NCBI GenBank assembly: GCA_963513825.1
Contig: CAUPRW010000035.1
Coordinates: forward strand, 1,403 to 65,402
Source: an uncultured Duganella sp.
GTDB taxonomy: Bacteria; Pseudomonadota; Gammaproteobacteria; Burkholderiales; Burkholderiaceae_D
DNA length: 64,000 nucleotides
Direction of reading: 5' to 3'
Shown: positions 31,801 to 40,504 of the stretch, in pieces
Layout: each line of letters opens with the position of its first letter
How positions within the stretch are numbered: position 1 is the stretch's first letter
Translations under genes and position numbers: made by a program
Notes under the pieces: generated by a model
What the model was told of the DNA's origin: nothing
The model's input: the letters and a program-made list of their open reading frames with translations, nothing else
Database searches by the model: none

Positions 31801-32039
31801 GCCGGAAAGCAACCCCGCAGGGCCAAGCGCTTCAGCTTGATTGAGCCGGAAGCAACCCCGCAGGGCCAACCGGGGACGTACCCCTTGGGGTACGTCCCCT
31901 GCGGAGCGCCGTGCGGGGTGAAAGCAAGCGATCCTGCGCAGCGCCGTGCGGGGTGAAAGCAAGCGATCCCGCGCAGCGCCGTGCGGGGTGAAAGCAAGCG
32001 ATCCCGCGCAGCGCCGTGCCGCTGAAAGCCAACGCGCCC
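31801..32039. repeat. family-B mosaic: two direct repeats, 28-bp perfect palindrome (31872-31899), four 35-bp tandem units (31900-32039)
   Basis: GCCGGAA(A)GCAACCCCGCAGGGCCAA twice. Then GGGGACGTACCCC-TT-GGGGTACGTCCCC. Then (T/C)GCG(G/C)AGCGCCGTGCGGGGTGAAAGCAAGCGATCC with an exact 35-bp period; the fourth unit is degenerate. Confidence 0.9.
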
Positions 32040-32047
32040 GGCGAAAA

Positions 32048-35000
32048 CTACCCGCCGCAAGCCTGCAACTGCGCCGCGTTGGCCGCCGGCGCGCCGCCGG
32101 TCTTGAGCGCCACCACCGGCGCCGCCGCGGCGCCCGGCTTGGCCACCGGATGCGGCTCGATCAGCGGCATCAGGCTCGGCGCCAGCACCACCAGCAACTG
32201 CACCGGCAGCGCGCTGGTGAAGTCGTAATTCTTCGACTCCGGCCCGTGCACATACGCCGTCATGCTGCCGAAAAAGCGCTCGCCGATATTGAACACGAAG
32301 GTCGCCGACCGGTTCACATAGCGCGATTCGATCAACCGTCCGCCGCCGCCATAGACGTCGAAGCGCTGGTCGCCGGTGCCGGTCTTGCCGCCCACCGGCA
32401 GCACCGTGCCGTCCGACTGCACAAAGGCCATGCGCGCGCGCTTGGCCGTGCCGTCCGACACCACGCCGCGGATGGCGTCGGCCACCACCCGCGCCACCTC
32501 CGGCGAGAGCACCTGCTCGTTGCCGGTGGCCGGCGCCTTGGTCACCACCGTTTCGTACGGCGTGCCCTTGGCGAAGTGCAGCGAGGCGATGCGCTGGCTG
32601 GTCTTGCGCACGCCGCCGTTGACGATAATGCCCATCAACTCGGCCAGCGCCGCCGGCCGGTCCGCCGACGCCCCGAGCGTCGTCGCGTACGACGGCACCA
32701 GCGACTCGAACGGATAGCCCATCTTCTTCCACTGCTTGTGGATCTCCATGAAGCCTTCGACCTCGATCAGGCCGGCGATGCGGCGGTCCTGCGCGTGCTT
32801 GCGGTGCGTCTTGAACAGCCACGAATAGACTTCCTGGCGCTCCTTTTCGCTCGCCGCCGTCATCTGCGACAAGGTCGCCTTCGGGTGCAGGCGCATGTAC
32901 GCGGCCATCCACAGCTCGAGCGGGTGCACGCTGGCCAGGTAGCCGCGGTCCGGCAGCGACCACTTGTCGATCGAATACTGGTCGTAGAGCTTTTCGACGC
33001 GCTCGTCCGTCACCTCGTTTTGCGACGGCAGGTACTCGTGCAGGAAGTCGCCGAACTGCTTGACGCTGGCGGTCGGATAGACGGTGCGGTGGATCACCGC
33101 CAGGCGCGTCGGCGTGCTGCGGATGTTGGCCAGCAGGATCTTGTCGAGGTCGGCCGCCGGCTTGCCCTTGTACTTGGCGTAGAAGCGGTTGAGGAATTCC
33201 TTGCCCTCCTTGTCGGCGAAGCGCGCCAGGTAGACGGCGCGGCGCGGATCGTCGGCGTCGGCCAGCAGCGAGGCCGACGAGCCCGGCGTCTGGAACATGT
33301 AGAACTTGGCGACGTCGCGCATCAGGCGCACGAACACCAGGTTGGTCGAATGGCGCAGCGCCTCGGTCACGGTCAGGATCTTGCCGTTGTCTTCCTTGGA
33401 GAAGTTGCCGAAGTAATGCAGGCCGCCGCCGGTGAAGAAGCCCTCGCCCGGATTGCCCGAATACTTGCGCTCCATGGCCGCGTTGAGCATCGGCGTGATC
33501 TCGCGCTCGGCGCTGCCGACCGGATGCGCCTTGAGGTACTCGACCGCCCACAGCGACAGCTTGTCCTGCGGATCGATCGGGATCATCGACAGCGTTTCGG
33601 CGTTCATGCCCTTGTAGCGCTTGTTGAGCTGGTCGACGATGTCGAGGTAGGTCACCAGGGTGCGCAGCTTGGCCGTCGAACCGAGGTCGAGCTTGGCGCC
33701 CTCGTTGATGTCGAGCGGCTGGTCGTAGTTGTCCGTCTGCAGGCGCAGCAGGTTATTGTCCTTGCCCTTTTCCAGCAAGGTGAAGCTGTAGACCACGTTG
33801 GCCGGGTCGCCGTTGCCCAGCATGCCCTTGCCGGTCAGGCCGGCGGCGGCGGCGCGCTCGGGGTCGCGCAGGTCGCGCAGCACTTGCGTGACGGCCTTCT
33901 GGGCCTGCGCGTCGAGCGTGCTGACCACGTTCAGGTCCAGCCGGTCGAGGTTGTACATGCGGTTGTCGCCCAGCAGGTTGGCCAGGTGGTTGCGGATCGC
34001 GTTCGAGGCCTTGCGCGAGACGAAGGTCATGGCCGGCGCCGATTGCAGGCCGTTGCCCTTGGCCGGATGCAGCGGCTGCTTGAGCGCGACGTCGCGCAGC
34101 GCCGCCGTGATCACGCCGTCCTGCGCCAGGATGCGCAGGTGGCTGTCGGCCAGCACTTCGAGGTCGCCGGCGCCGTCGCCCAGGTAGTAGCTCGGGCGGC
34201 GCTGCGCGATCATCAGGCTCAGCGCCTCCTTGAACACCAGCGCCGTCTCGGCGTCCGGGTTGTCGAGGTTGCGGTTGAGCAGGCGGTTGACGTCGGCGAA
34301 CTCGCGCCCGTACCACACCCACATGCCGTCGCCGATGCCGTTGACCTCGCCGTAGCCGGGCTTGGCCGACAGCGGCACCGTGTTCAGGTAGTCGATCACG
34401 ATGCGGCGGCGCGCGCGCGTCGTGTCCGGGCCGTCCTGGTAGGAGCGCAGGCTTGCCGAGATCATCTGCTGCAGCTTGTCCTTCATCGAGCCGGTGCGGC
34501 CCTCGGGCGAGTGGCGGTACTTTTCGATCTGCGTGGCCAGCGTGCTGCCGCCGGCCGCGCGATGGCCGCCGGCCACCGAACTGATGCTTTTTTCGATGAC
34601 GGCCTTGCCCAGCCGGTCCCATTCGACGGCCGGGTTGCGTTTCGGGTATTTGGTGTCGAGCAGCTCGCGGTTCTCGATGTACAGCAGGCTCTGGATCAGC
34701 GCCATCGGCGCCTGCTCGAACTTGTTGTAGATGCGTTCCGGGTAGCTGGCCGCGAACAATTCCTGCGCGCGGCAATCGTAGATCGTCAGGCCGGTCTTGG
34801 TCTTCTCGTGGTACGTGGCGAAGATGCCCATGTCGGCCAGCTCGGCCATCTTGGGCGAGATGCGCGCCTGCGCGCTGACCTGGTAGTCGCGCGTGCGCAG
34901 CTTGGCCAGGTAGTCCGGCAGGCTGGCGTAGCCGAGCCGCTCGTCGTACGGGCTGTCGTGCGGGAAGCGGATCGCGTTGCTCGGCCCCTTCTCCACCTTG

Positions 35001-35326
35001 TACGTCATCTTGCCGACCATGTCGGTGAAGATGCGCGACTGCAGGCTCGAGGTGCGGCTCTCCTGCACGCCCCACCACACGGCAAACGAGGTGCCCACCA
35101 GCAGCACGACGATCAGCGCGTTGCGCGAGCGCTTGCCCTTGGTCGGCTGGCCCGGCGGCGGCGCGTCCATCTGCGCCTGCGCCAGATGCGCCTCGGTCTG
35201 TTCGGGGGTGGGGGGCGGCACCACGCGCAGATGGCGGGTGCGGCGATAGCCTAGTGCTGCCGCGCCTGCGCGCAACTTGCGCACTGCGCGTACCAAGGGC
35301 CGGCGGAAACGACGATTGCTTAACAT
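32048..35326 (-). CDS. atypical class A penicillin-binding protein (GT51 transglycosylase + transpeptidase), ~1092 aa
   Basis: N-terminal TM. GT51 motifs (LLYIENRELL, GGSTLATQIEKY). Transpeptidase motifs STAK (SxxK), STN (SxN) and KTGT. ATG 35326 preferred over TTG 35335. Confidence 0.85.
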   Translation of the reverse strand: MLSNRRFRRPLVRAVRKLRAGAAALGYRRTRHLRVVPPPTPEQTEAHLAQAQMDAPPPGQPTKGKRSRNALIVVLLVGTSFAVWWGVQESRTSSLQSRIFTDMVGKMTYKVEKGPSNAIRFPHDSPYDERLGYASLPDYLAKLRTRDYQVSAQARISPKMAELADMGIFATYHEKTKTGLTIYDCRAQELFAASYPERIYNKFEQAPMALIQSLLYIENRELLDTKYPKRNPAVEWDRLGKAVIEKSISSVAGGHRAAGGSTLATQIEKYRHSPEGRTGSMKDKLQQMISASLRSYQDGPDTTRARRRIVIDYLNTVPLSAKPGYGEVNGIGDGMWVWYGREFADVNRLLNRNLDNPDAETALVFKEALSLMIAQRRPSYYLGDGAGDLEVLADSHLRILAQDGVITAALRDVALKQPLHPAKGNGLQSAPAMTFVSRKASNAIRNHLANLLGDNRMYNLDRLDLNVVSTLDAQAQKAVTQVLRDLRDPERAAAAGLTGKGMLGNGDPANVVYSFTLLEKGKDNNLLRLQTDNYDQPLDINEGAKLDLGSTAKLRTLVTYLDIVDQLNKRYKGMNAETLSMIPIDPQDKLSLWAVEYLKAHPVGSAEREITPMLNAAMERKYSGNPGEGFFTGGGLHYFGNFSKEDNGKILTVTEALRHSTNLVFVRLMRDVAKFYMFQTPGSSASLLADADDPRRAVYLARFADKEGKEFLNRFYAKYKGKPAADLDKILLANIRSTPTRLAVIHRTVYPTASVKQFGDFLHEYLPSQNEVTDERVEKLYDQYSIDKWSLPDRGYLASVHPLELWMAAYMRLHPKATLSQMTAASEKERQEVYSWLFKTHRKHAQDRRIAGLIEVEGFMEIHKQWKKMGYPFESLVPSYATTLGASADRPAALAELMGIIVNGGVRKTSQRIASLHFAKGTPYETVVTKAPATGNEQVLSPEVARVVADAIRGVVSDGTAKRARMAFVQSDGTVLPVGGKTGTGDQRFDVYGGGGRLIESRYVNRSATFVFNIGERFFGSMTAYVHGPESKNYDFTSALPVQLLVVLAPSLMPLIEPHPVAKPGAAAAPVVALKTGGAPAANAAQLQACGG

Positions 35327-35442
35327 ATGATTCAAACCGGTCAGCTGTTTCAGTAAAACCTACTAGCCACCATTGCACCACATCGGCGCGGCGGGAACGG
35401 GTGACGGGGCACAATAATTTGCAAGCGTTGTTTATTTTTCGC

Positions 35443-35482
35443 AAAAAAACAACGGCGCTTCTCCCCTAGGAAAGAGCGCCGT
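35443..35482 (-). terminator. terminator ending the five-gene operon (after the CinA-like gene)
   Basis: Reverse strand: ACGGCGCT-(15-nt loop)-AGCGCCGT followed by TGTTTTTTT. Confidence 0.6.
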
Positions 35483-35527
35483 CGGCGGTGGCGATATCGA
35501 TGAGCTATCAGTCGATACTCGCACGCA

Positions 35528-36313
35528 TTAAATGTTATTGAACTCTACATTGAGGCGGGTGAGCGCGTCGCACAGGTGCTGGAACGCGACCAGCGTTTGC
35601 GCCGGCTCGCCCTTGACGCCGAGCTCGATATGGCGGCGCGTGTTGGCGTCGCCCACGCTCGGCAGGCTGAACACCTTGACCTTCGGGTACTTCGCCTCGA
35701 GCTCGACCATCAGCGGCGTCAGCGCCGACTCGGCCGCCTCGTACACCAGCACCGACTGCTCCAGGTGCGGCTCGCGGTTGAACAGGTTGGCGTAATGGTG
35801 GTCGAGCACCCACTCGATCATCGGCCACGCCATCACCGGGAAGCCCGGCACGAAATAATGTTTGTGCAGCGCGAAGCCGGCGATGTTGTTGTACGGGTTG
35901 GGGATCAGCGCCGCGCCCTGCGCGAACTCGGCCATCTTGAGGCGGTGCAGGTTCTCGGCCGAATTGAGATCGACCGGCTGGCCCGCCTCCCGGCCCATCT
36001 GCACGATGCGCTGCTCGATGTTGGCCTTGCCCTGCTCGTGCAGCACCAGCGGCAGGCCGAGCGCGTCGGCGGCGGCCTGGCGCGTGTGGTCGTCCGGCGT
36101 GGCGCCGATGCCGCCGCAGCAGAACACGATGTCGTCGCTGGCGAAGGTGCGCTTGAGCGTGGCCGTGATGCGCGCCGGATCGTCGGCCAGCACCTCGGCC
36201 CACGACAGTTGCAGCCCGCGCGCGGCCAGCAGTTGCACCACTTTCGGGAAATGCTGGTCGACGCGCCTGCCGGACAGGATTTCGTCGCCAATGATGATGA
36301 GACCGATCGCCAT
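35528..36313 (-). CDS. CinA-like molybdopterin-binding (MoCF_BD, COG1058) domain protein
   Basis: MAIGLIIIGDEILSGRRVDQH...CCGGIGATPDDHT is the MoCF-binding/CinA N-terminal domain pattern; 261 aa. Confidence 0.85.
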   Translation of the reverse strand: MAIGLIIIGDEILSGRRVDQHFPKVVQLLAARGLQLSWAEVLADDPARITATLKRTFASDDIVFCCGGIGATPDDHTRQAAADALGLPLVLHEQGKANIEQRIVQMGREAGQPVDLNSAENLHRLKMAEFAQGAALIPNPYNNIAGFALHKHYFVPGFPVMAWPMIEWVLDHHYANLFNREPHLEQSVLVYEAAESALTPLMVELEAKYPKVKVFSLPSVGDANTRRHIELGVKGEPAQTLVAFQHLCDALTRLNVEFNNI

Positions 36314-36328
36314 GAAGGTTCCGCTTTC

Positions 36329-37171
36329 TTAGAGTTCCACCGGCGCCGTCGCATCCTTCACGACCTCGGCGGCGCGCATGCGCGCCAGCGCTTCGAGGCA
36401 ATAATAGGCGAACCACAACGCGGTGAAAATAAACACCAGGACATACAGCCAGATCGACGCGGCTGCCAGGAAGGGGAAGAATACCACCGCCATCACGCCG
36501 CCGAGCCAGATCGCGCCGGGCAAGGCGCCGGCCGCGCCGGAGACCACGCCGATGGCGACCAGCGGCCAGCGGTGCTCCTTGAGCAATTGATGGCGCTCGT
36601 CGGCGCTGGCGTAGTCGGCCAGCACGTCGTAGACCATCATGCGGCTGGTCAGCCAGCCCCACAGCAGCGCCTGCACGAACACGGCCAGCGGCGGGAACAC
36701 GTACAGCGGCAACGTCAGTATCCACAGACCGATGAAGGCGGCCATGCCGCCGAGCGCCACGCCGACGCTGCCCAGCACGCTGCCGCCGTTGCGCTGCGCC
36801 AGTTGCGGATAATGGCGCCCGCCGATATGGCGCAGGATCACCGGCATGGCGATCACGCCGATGAAGATCAGCGCCGTCAATATCATCAGCGGCAACAGCA
36901 GCAGCATCGCTATCAACGGCACAATGACTGTTTTCAAAGCGCCAAGACCGAGCGAGCTCAACCAGCTACCGCTGTAGCTGAACACGCCGTATTGGGAGAA
37001 CGTCGCGTGGACGAAATCGATCAGCGGCTGCAGGCCCAGGTACAGCAGCACGGCCCACACGCCGACGGCCAGCAGGAACGGCGCCACGCTCATCATCAAC
37101 AGCTTGCCGTGCCATTGCGAGGCGAACGCGCGGCCCCAGGCGCGCAGCACGGCGGCGAAGCGGCCCGGCAT
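36329..37171 (-). CDS. EI24/CysZ-like integral membrane protein
   Basis: 280 aa from in-frame ATG 37171 (MPGRFAAVLRAWGRAF...) with multiple TM helices and an EI24-domain-like composition. The start overlaps the upstream stop (TGATG). Confidence 0.75.
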   Translation of the reverse strand: MPGRFAAVLRAWGRAFASQWHGKLLMMSVAPFLLAVGVWAVLLYLGLQPLIDFVHATFSQYGVFSYSGSWLSSLGLGALKTVIVPLIAMLLLLPLMILTALIFIGVIAMPVILRHIGGRHYPQLAQRNGGSVLGSVGVALGGMAAFIGLWILTLPLYVFPPLAVFVQALLWGWLTSRMMVYDVLADYASADERHQLLKEHRWPLVAIGVVSGAAGALPGAIWLGGVMAVVFFPFLAAASIWLYVLVFIFTALWFAYYCLEALARMRAAEVVKDATAPVEL

Positions 37172-38166
37172 CAGACCACGTCCTTGCGCGCGTACTCGAC
37201 CATGCGCTTGAGCGCCAGCCAATGCTGCGAGAAGAAGCCCTTGCCGTATTCGCGGCCCGGCTTGACGACGCCGTCGGCGCCGGTGCGCGGCAACTGGTCG
37301 CGGATGCCGGTGGCGACGAATTGCGGCGTGAAATTGGCGGTGCGGAAAATGATGTCCCAGATCGGCAGCAGCACGGCGAAATTGCAGCCGCCCAGGGTGC
37401 CCTGGCCGTGCGACTCGTGGCCGACGCCGATCGCGTGGTGCATGCGGTGGTAGCGCGGCGACACCAGCAGCCACTCGCCGACCTTGCCGAAATGGATGCG
37501 CACGTTGGCGTGCTGCAGGCTTTGCAGGATGCGCGAGACCGACACCAGGATCACGTACTGCGACGGTTCGACGCCGATGCCGAGCGCGATGACGCCCATG
37601 TAGACGTCGCGCAGCAGGTCGTCGAGCACGTGGTTGCGGTTGTCGCTCCACAGGTTCATGTTCTGCTGGCTGTGGTGCAGGCCGTGCAGCGCCCACCACC
37701 AGTTGAACTGGTGCGAGGCGCGGTGGTACCAGTAATCGAAGAAGTCGAGCACGACGAAATACACCAGGAAGGCGCCCAAGGGGCTAATGCCGGGCCACAG
37801 CGACTCCAGGTTGAACGGCTGGAAGTTATCGAAGCGCAGCACCGCCGCCACGCTGTCGAGCAGCGGATCGAGCGTGAAAAAGATCAGCACCGAGAACAGG
37901 CCGATGCGGTGCAGCACGGTATAGAGGAAGTCGTTCCAGCGCGCGCGCGGATCGGTGAACTTGTGGACCGGGATCATCGCCTCGAGCGGGCGCAGCACGA
38001 GGAACAGCAGCACCAGCTCGAGCACGCCGATCAGCAGCCACTCGGTGCCCTCGAAGGCCTCCTCGACGAACTCGCCGAAGCCGAGCTGGAACACGAGCGG
38101 CTGGATCACCGTCTCGAACAACCAGCCCTGCGCCATGCCCAGCCAGTCTGAAAATAGTTGAATCAT
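37171..38166 (-). CDS. sterol desaturase / fatty acid hydroxylase superfamily membrane di-iron enzyme
   Basis: Histidine boxes HRASH, HGLHH and HRMHH; 331 aa; TM-rich N-terminal half. Confidence 0.88.
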   Translation of the reverse strand: MIQLFSDWLGMAQGWLFETVIQPLVFQLGFGEFVEEAFEGTEWLLIGVLELVLLFLVLRPLEAMIPVHKFTDPRARWNDFLYTVLHRIGLFSVLIFFTLDPLLDSVAAVLRFDNFQPFNLESLWPGISPLGAFLVYFVVLDFFDYWYHRASHQFNWWWALHGLHHSQQNMNLWSDNRNHVLDDLLRDVYMGVIALGIGVEPSQYVILVSVSRILQSLQHANVRIHFGKVGEWLLVSPRYHRMHHAIGVGHESHGQGTLGGCNFAVLLPIWDIIFRTANFTPQFVATGIRDQLPRTGADGVVKPGREYGKGFFSQHWLALKRMVEYARKDVV

Positions 38167-39011
38167 TTATGTTGGTGCGGTGTGAAAGAAGATTGGTAGT
38201 CGGGATGGTCGCGCAAGGTCGCAAAGCAAAAGCCCTTTTGCTCCAGCCCGCTGATCAAAGGCTCCAGATTGGCAGGCGCCCACGGGTCCTGGCGCGACCA
38301 GATGCCCATGTGCGCGACGAAAATATTGCCGTCGCGCAAATCGCGCAAGGACTTGCGCAACAATACCGCATTCGGATAGGCCTTGCTCGAGAGCTCATCG
38401 CCCGAGAACCCGGCCGGCGCCCAGCCCACGTGCGCGTAGCCGCACGCCTTGGCGGCGGCGATGGTGGCGGGCGAGGTGCGCCCGGCCGGCGCGCGCCAGA
38501 TCGGATCGAGGTGCTTGCCGGTCAACTCGACGAAGCGCGTGTCGACCCGCTTGATTTCCTCGCAATACTGGGCCGGCGTCAGGGTGCGCACCTTGCCGGC
38601 CGACGCGCCGAAGCCGGGCTTGACCTTGAAGCTGCCGCCCTCGTCCTTGACCAGCACGTCATGATCGAAGGTATGCGAGCCGACCGCATGGCCCTCGGCC
38701 ACGCGCGCCTTCCAGTAAGCGGCCCAGGCCGGGTCGAGCGAATAGTCGCCGCGCACGGTCTTCTCGTTGGCGAGGAAAAACGTCGCCTTGATATGGTGGC
38801 GCCCGAGCGTCTCGGCGATCAACTCGGCCTGCGACTGGCTGCCGGTATCGAACGTCAAATAGATGGTGCCTTTGCAAGCACCCGGCGCCGCCAACGCCGG
38901 CACCGCCCCCAACAACAAGGGCAGCAACACCGGGAGGGTCAGTGCCGACATTCGGACACGAGCTCGTGTCCGAATGTCGGCACTGACCCTCCCCGGGGTG
39001 GTGGGGTTCAT
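38163..39011 (-). CDS. polysaccharide deacetylase (NodB-homology) family protein, secreted
   Basis: NodB-like motifs (TFDTGSQ, HAVGSHTFDH). Two candidate starts: ATG 39011 (TGATG overlap with the upstream gene) or ATG 38951 inside the 62-bp palindrome (MSALTLPVLLPLLLGAVPALA). Stop/start ATGA overlap with the next gene. Confidence 0.8.
   Translation of the reverse strand: MNPTTPGRVSADIRTRARVRMSALTLPVLLPLLLGAVPALAAPGACKGTIYLTFDTGSQSQAELIAETLGRHHIKATFFLANEKTVRGDYSLDPAWAAYWKARVAEGHAVGSHTFDHDVLVKDEGGSFKVKPGFGASAGKVRTLTPAQYCEEIKRVDTRFVELTGKHLDPIWRAPAGRTSPATIAAAKACGYAHVGWAPAGFSGDELSSKAYPNAVLLRKSLRDLRDGNIFVAHMGIWSRQDPWAPANLEPLISGLEQKGFCFATLRDHPDYQSSFTPHQHK
38932..38993. repeat. 62-bp perfect palindrome, diverged relative of family A
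   Basis: GGGAGGGTCAGTGCCGACATTCGGACACGAG | CTCGTGTCCGAATGTCGGCACTGACCCTCCC. Shares the inner core GACATT(Y)GGACACGAG with family A. Confidence 0.9.
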
Positions 39012-39979
39012 CAGCGTTGCGCGGAGTTGTTGAAGAACACGCCGTGCGGCGAGCGGCCGACCGGGATCGTCTTGACCAGCTTGCGCGTGGCCAGGTCGAT
39101 CACGGCCACCTTCTTGATCCAGCGCAGCGTGACCCACATGGTCTTGCCGTCGGCCGTCACTTCCATGCAGTCCGGACCGCCCGGCACGTTGATCATGCCG
39201 ACGTTTTCCAGTGTCTTCTGATCAATGATGTTGATCGAATTCGATACCCGGTTCGATACGTACGTGTAGCGCCCGTCCCCGGCCGAGCGGAAGTTGTGCG
39301 CGCCCTGCCCGGCCTTGATGCGCTTGACCGTCTTCTGCGCCTTCCAGTCGATCACTTCGACATAGTCGCTGCCCATGATGCCCACCAGCAGATACTTGTC
39401 GTCCGGCGTCATGGCGATGCCCGCCGGCAGTTTGCCGACCGGCAGCGTCCATTTGACCGTCTGCGTGACCAGGTCGATGGCGCTGACCTGGTCGCTGCCC
39501 TGTTGCGTGATGAAGACCATGTTGCTGGCCGCGTTGAAGGCCATGTGGCTCGGCAGCTTGGGCAGCGGGATGCGCTTGGCCAAGGTCATGTTGGCGCCGT
39601 CGTAGCGGTACAGGTCGACACGGTCGAGCCGCAGCGAGGCCGACACGAACCATTTCTGGTCCGGCGAGAAGCCGATCTGGTACGGGTCGAGGATGTCCTT
39701 GACGGTGCGCTGGATCTGGCCGGTCTTCGGATCGAGGAAGATCAGCTCGTTGCCGACCGAGCTGGCGACGATCAGCGATTTGTTGTCCGGCGTGGCCATC
39801 AAGTGGTGCGGCTCCTTGCCGACCGGGAAGGTGGACAGGTCCTTGTAGGTGTCCTGGTCCAGCAACTGCACGGTGGCGTCACGCGAGTTGAGCACAACGA
39901 CGACATTGGCCTGGGCGCTGCCGATGGCAGTCGCGGCGCAGACACAGGAGAAAACCAGACGGCGGACACTGCGGAGCAT
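39011..39979 (-). CDS. YVTN-family beta-propeller repeat protein, secreted
   Basis: Signal peptide, then repeated ~40-aa units with YVSN/SN..S.ID-type motifs (TYVSNRVSNSINIIDQKT, VFITQQGSDQVSAIDL); 322 aa. Confidence 0.8.
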   Translation of the reverse strand: MLRSVRRLVFSCVCAATAIGSAQANVVVVLNSRDATVQLLDQDTYKDLSTFPVGKEPHHLMATPDNKSLIVASSVGNELIFLDPKTGQIQRTVKDILDPYQIGFSPDQKWFVSASLRLDRVDLYRYDGANMTLAKRIPLPKLPSHMAFNAASNMVFITQQGSDQVSAIDLVTQTVKWTLPVGKLPAGIAMTPDDKYLLVGIMGSDYVEVIDWKAQKTVKRIKAGQGAHNFRSAGDGRYTYVSNRVSNSINIIDQKTLENVGMINVPGGPDCMEVTADGKTMWVTLRWIKKVAVIDLATRKLVKTIPVGRSPHGVFFNNSAQR

Positions 39980-40141
39980 GAAGAAATCGCTTGAAAGGAC
40001 GAAACGTTTATTTTACGTGCAAACGGGGGCGCCACAAGCGAAAAGCGGACAATTATTCCTATCCGTAATGCGGCGCGGCGACAGGACCACGGCGCCTGCT
40101 ACAATTGCCGGCTGTGTTCAACGAATTGAGAGGGAATAACC

Positions 40142-40498
40142 ATGACCACCATCACCACCGACTCGGGCCTGCAGTACATCGAACTGACCGTCGGCGAAGG
40201 CGCCGAGGCGAAGGCCGGCCAGAACGTCACCGTCCACTACACCGGCTGGCTGCGCAACGACGACGGCACCAAGGGCGCCAAGTTCGACTCGAGCAAGGAC
40301 CGCAACGATCCGTTCGAATTCGCGCTCGGCGCCGGCATGGTCATCCGCGGCTGGGATGAAGGCGTGCAGGGCATGAAGATCGGCGGCGCGCGCCAGTTGA
40401 TCATTCCGGCAGAGCTGGGCTACGGCTCGCGCGGCGCCGGCGGCGTGATTCCACCGAACGCGACCTTGATTTTCGATGTGGAGTTGTTGGGCGTTTAA
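40142..40498 (+). CDS. FKBP-type peptidyl-prolyl cis-trans isomerase
   Basis: 118 aa; VTVHYTGWL...FDSS.DRN.PFEF.LG.G.VI.GWDEG..GMK.GG.R.L.IP..LGYG is the canonical FKBP core. Confidence 0.93.
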   Translation: MTTITTDSGLQYIELTVGEGAEAKAGQNVTVHYTGWLRNDDGTKGAKFDSSKDRNDPFEFALGAGMVIRGWDEGVQGMKIGGARQLIIPAELGYGSRGAGGVIPPNATLIFDVELLGV

Positions 40499-40504
40499 GC
40501 GGCC

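Noticed and set aside
30355-31962. N-terminal extensions of track ORFs (30355..31962, 36329..37699, 57172..59562, 13249.., 18530.., 20409.., 48861..50147, 60401..61342)
   Set aside because: The extensions run through repeats, neighbouring genes or non-coding DNA. In-frame internal ATGs with SD sequences give canonical N-termini or signal peptides.
31900-32039. Tandem 35-bp repeats (and the 41-bp repeats at 40588-40710) considered as a possible CRISPR array
   Set aside because: The units are contiguous with no unique spacers, there are only 3-4 copies, and there are no cas genes. They are tandem repeats of a mosaic intergenic element.
31946-35254. 1102-aa plus-strand ORF antisense to the PBP gene
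   Set aside because: The translation is dominated by R/A/G/L/V runs with no motifs. The opposite strand encodes a protein with complete GT51 and transpeptidase motifs.
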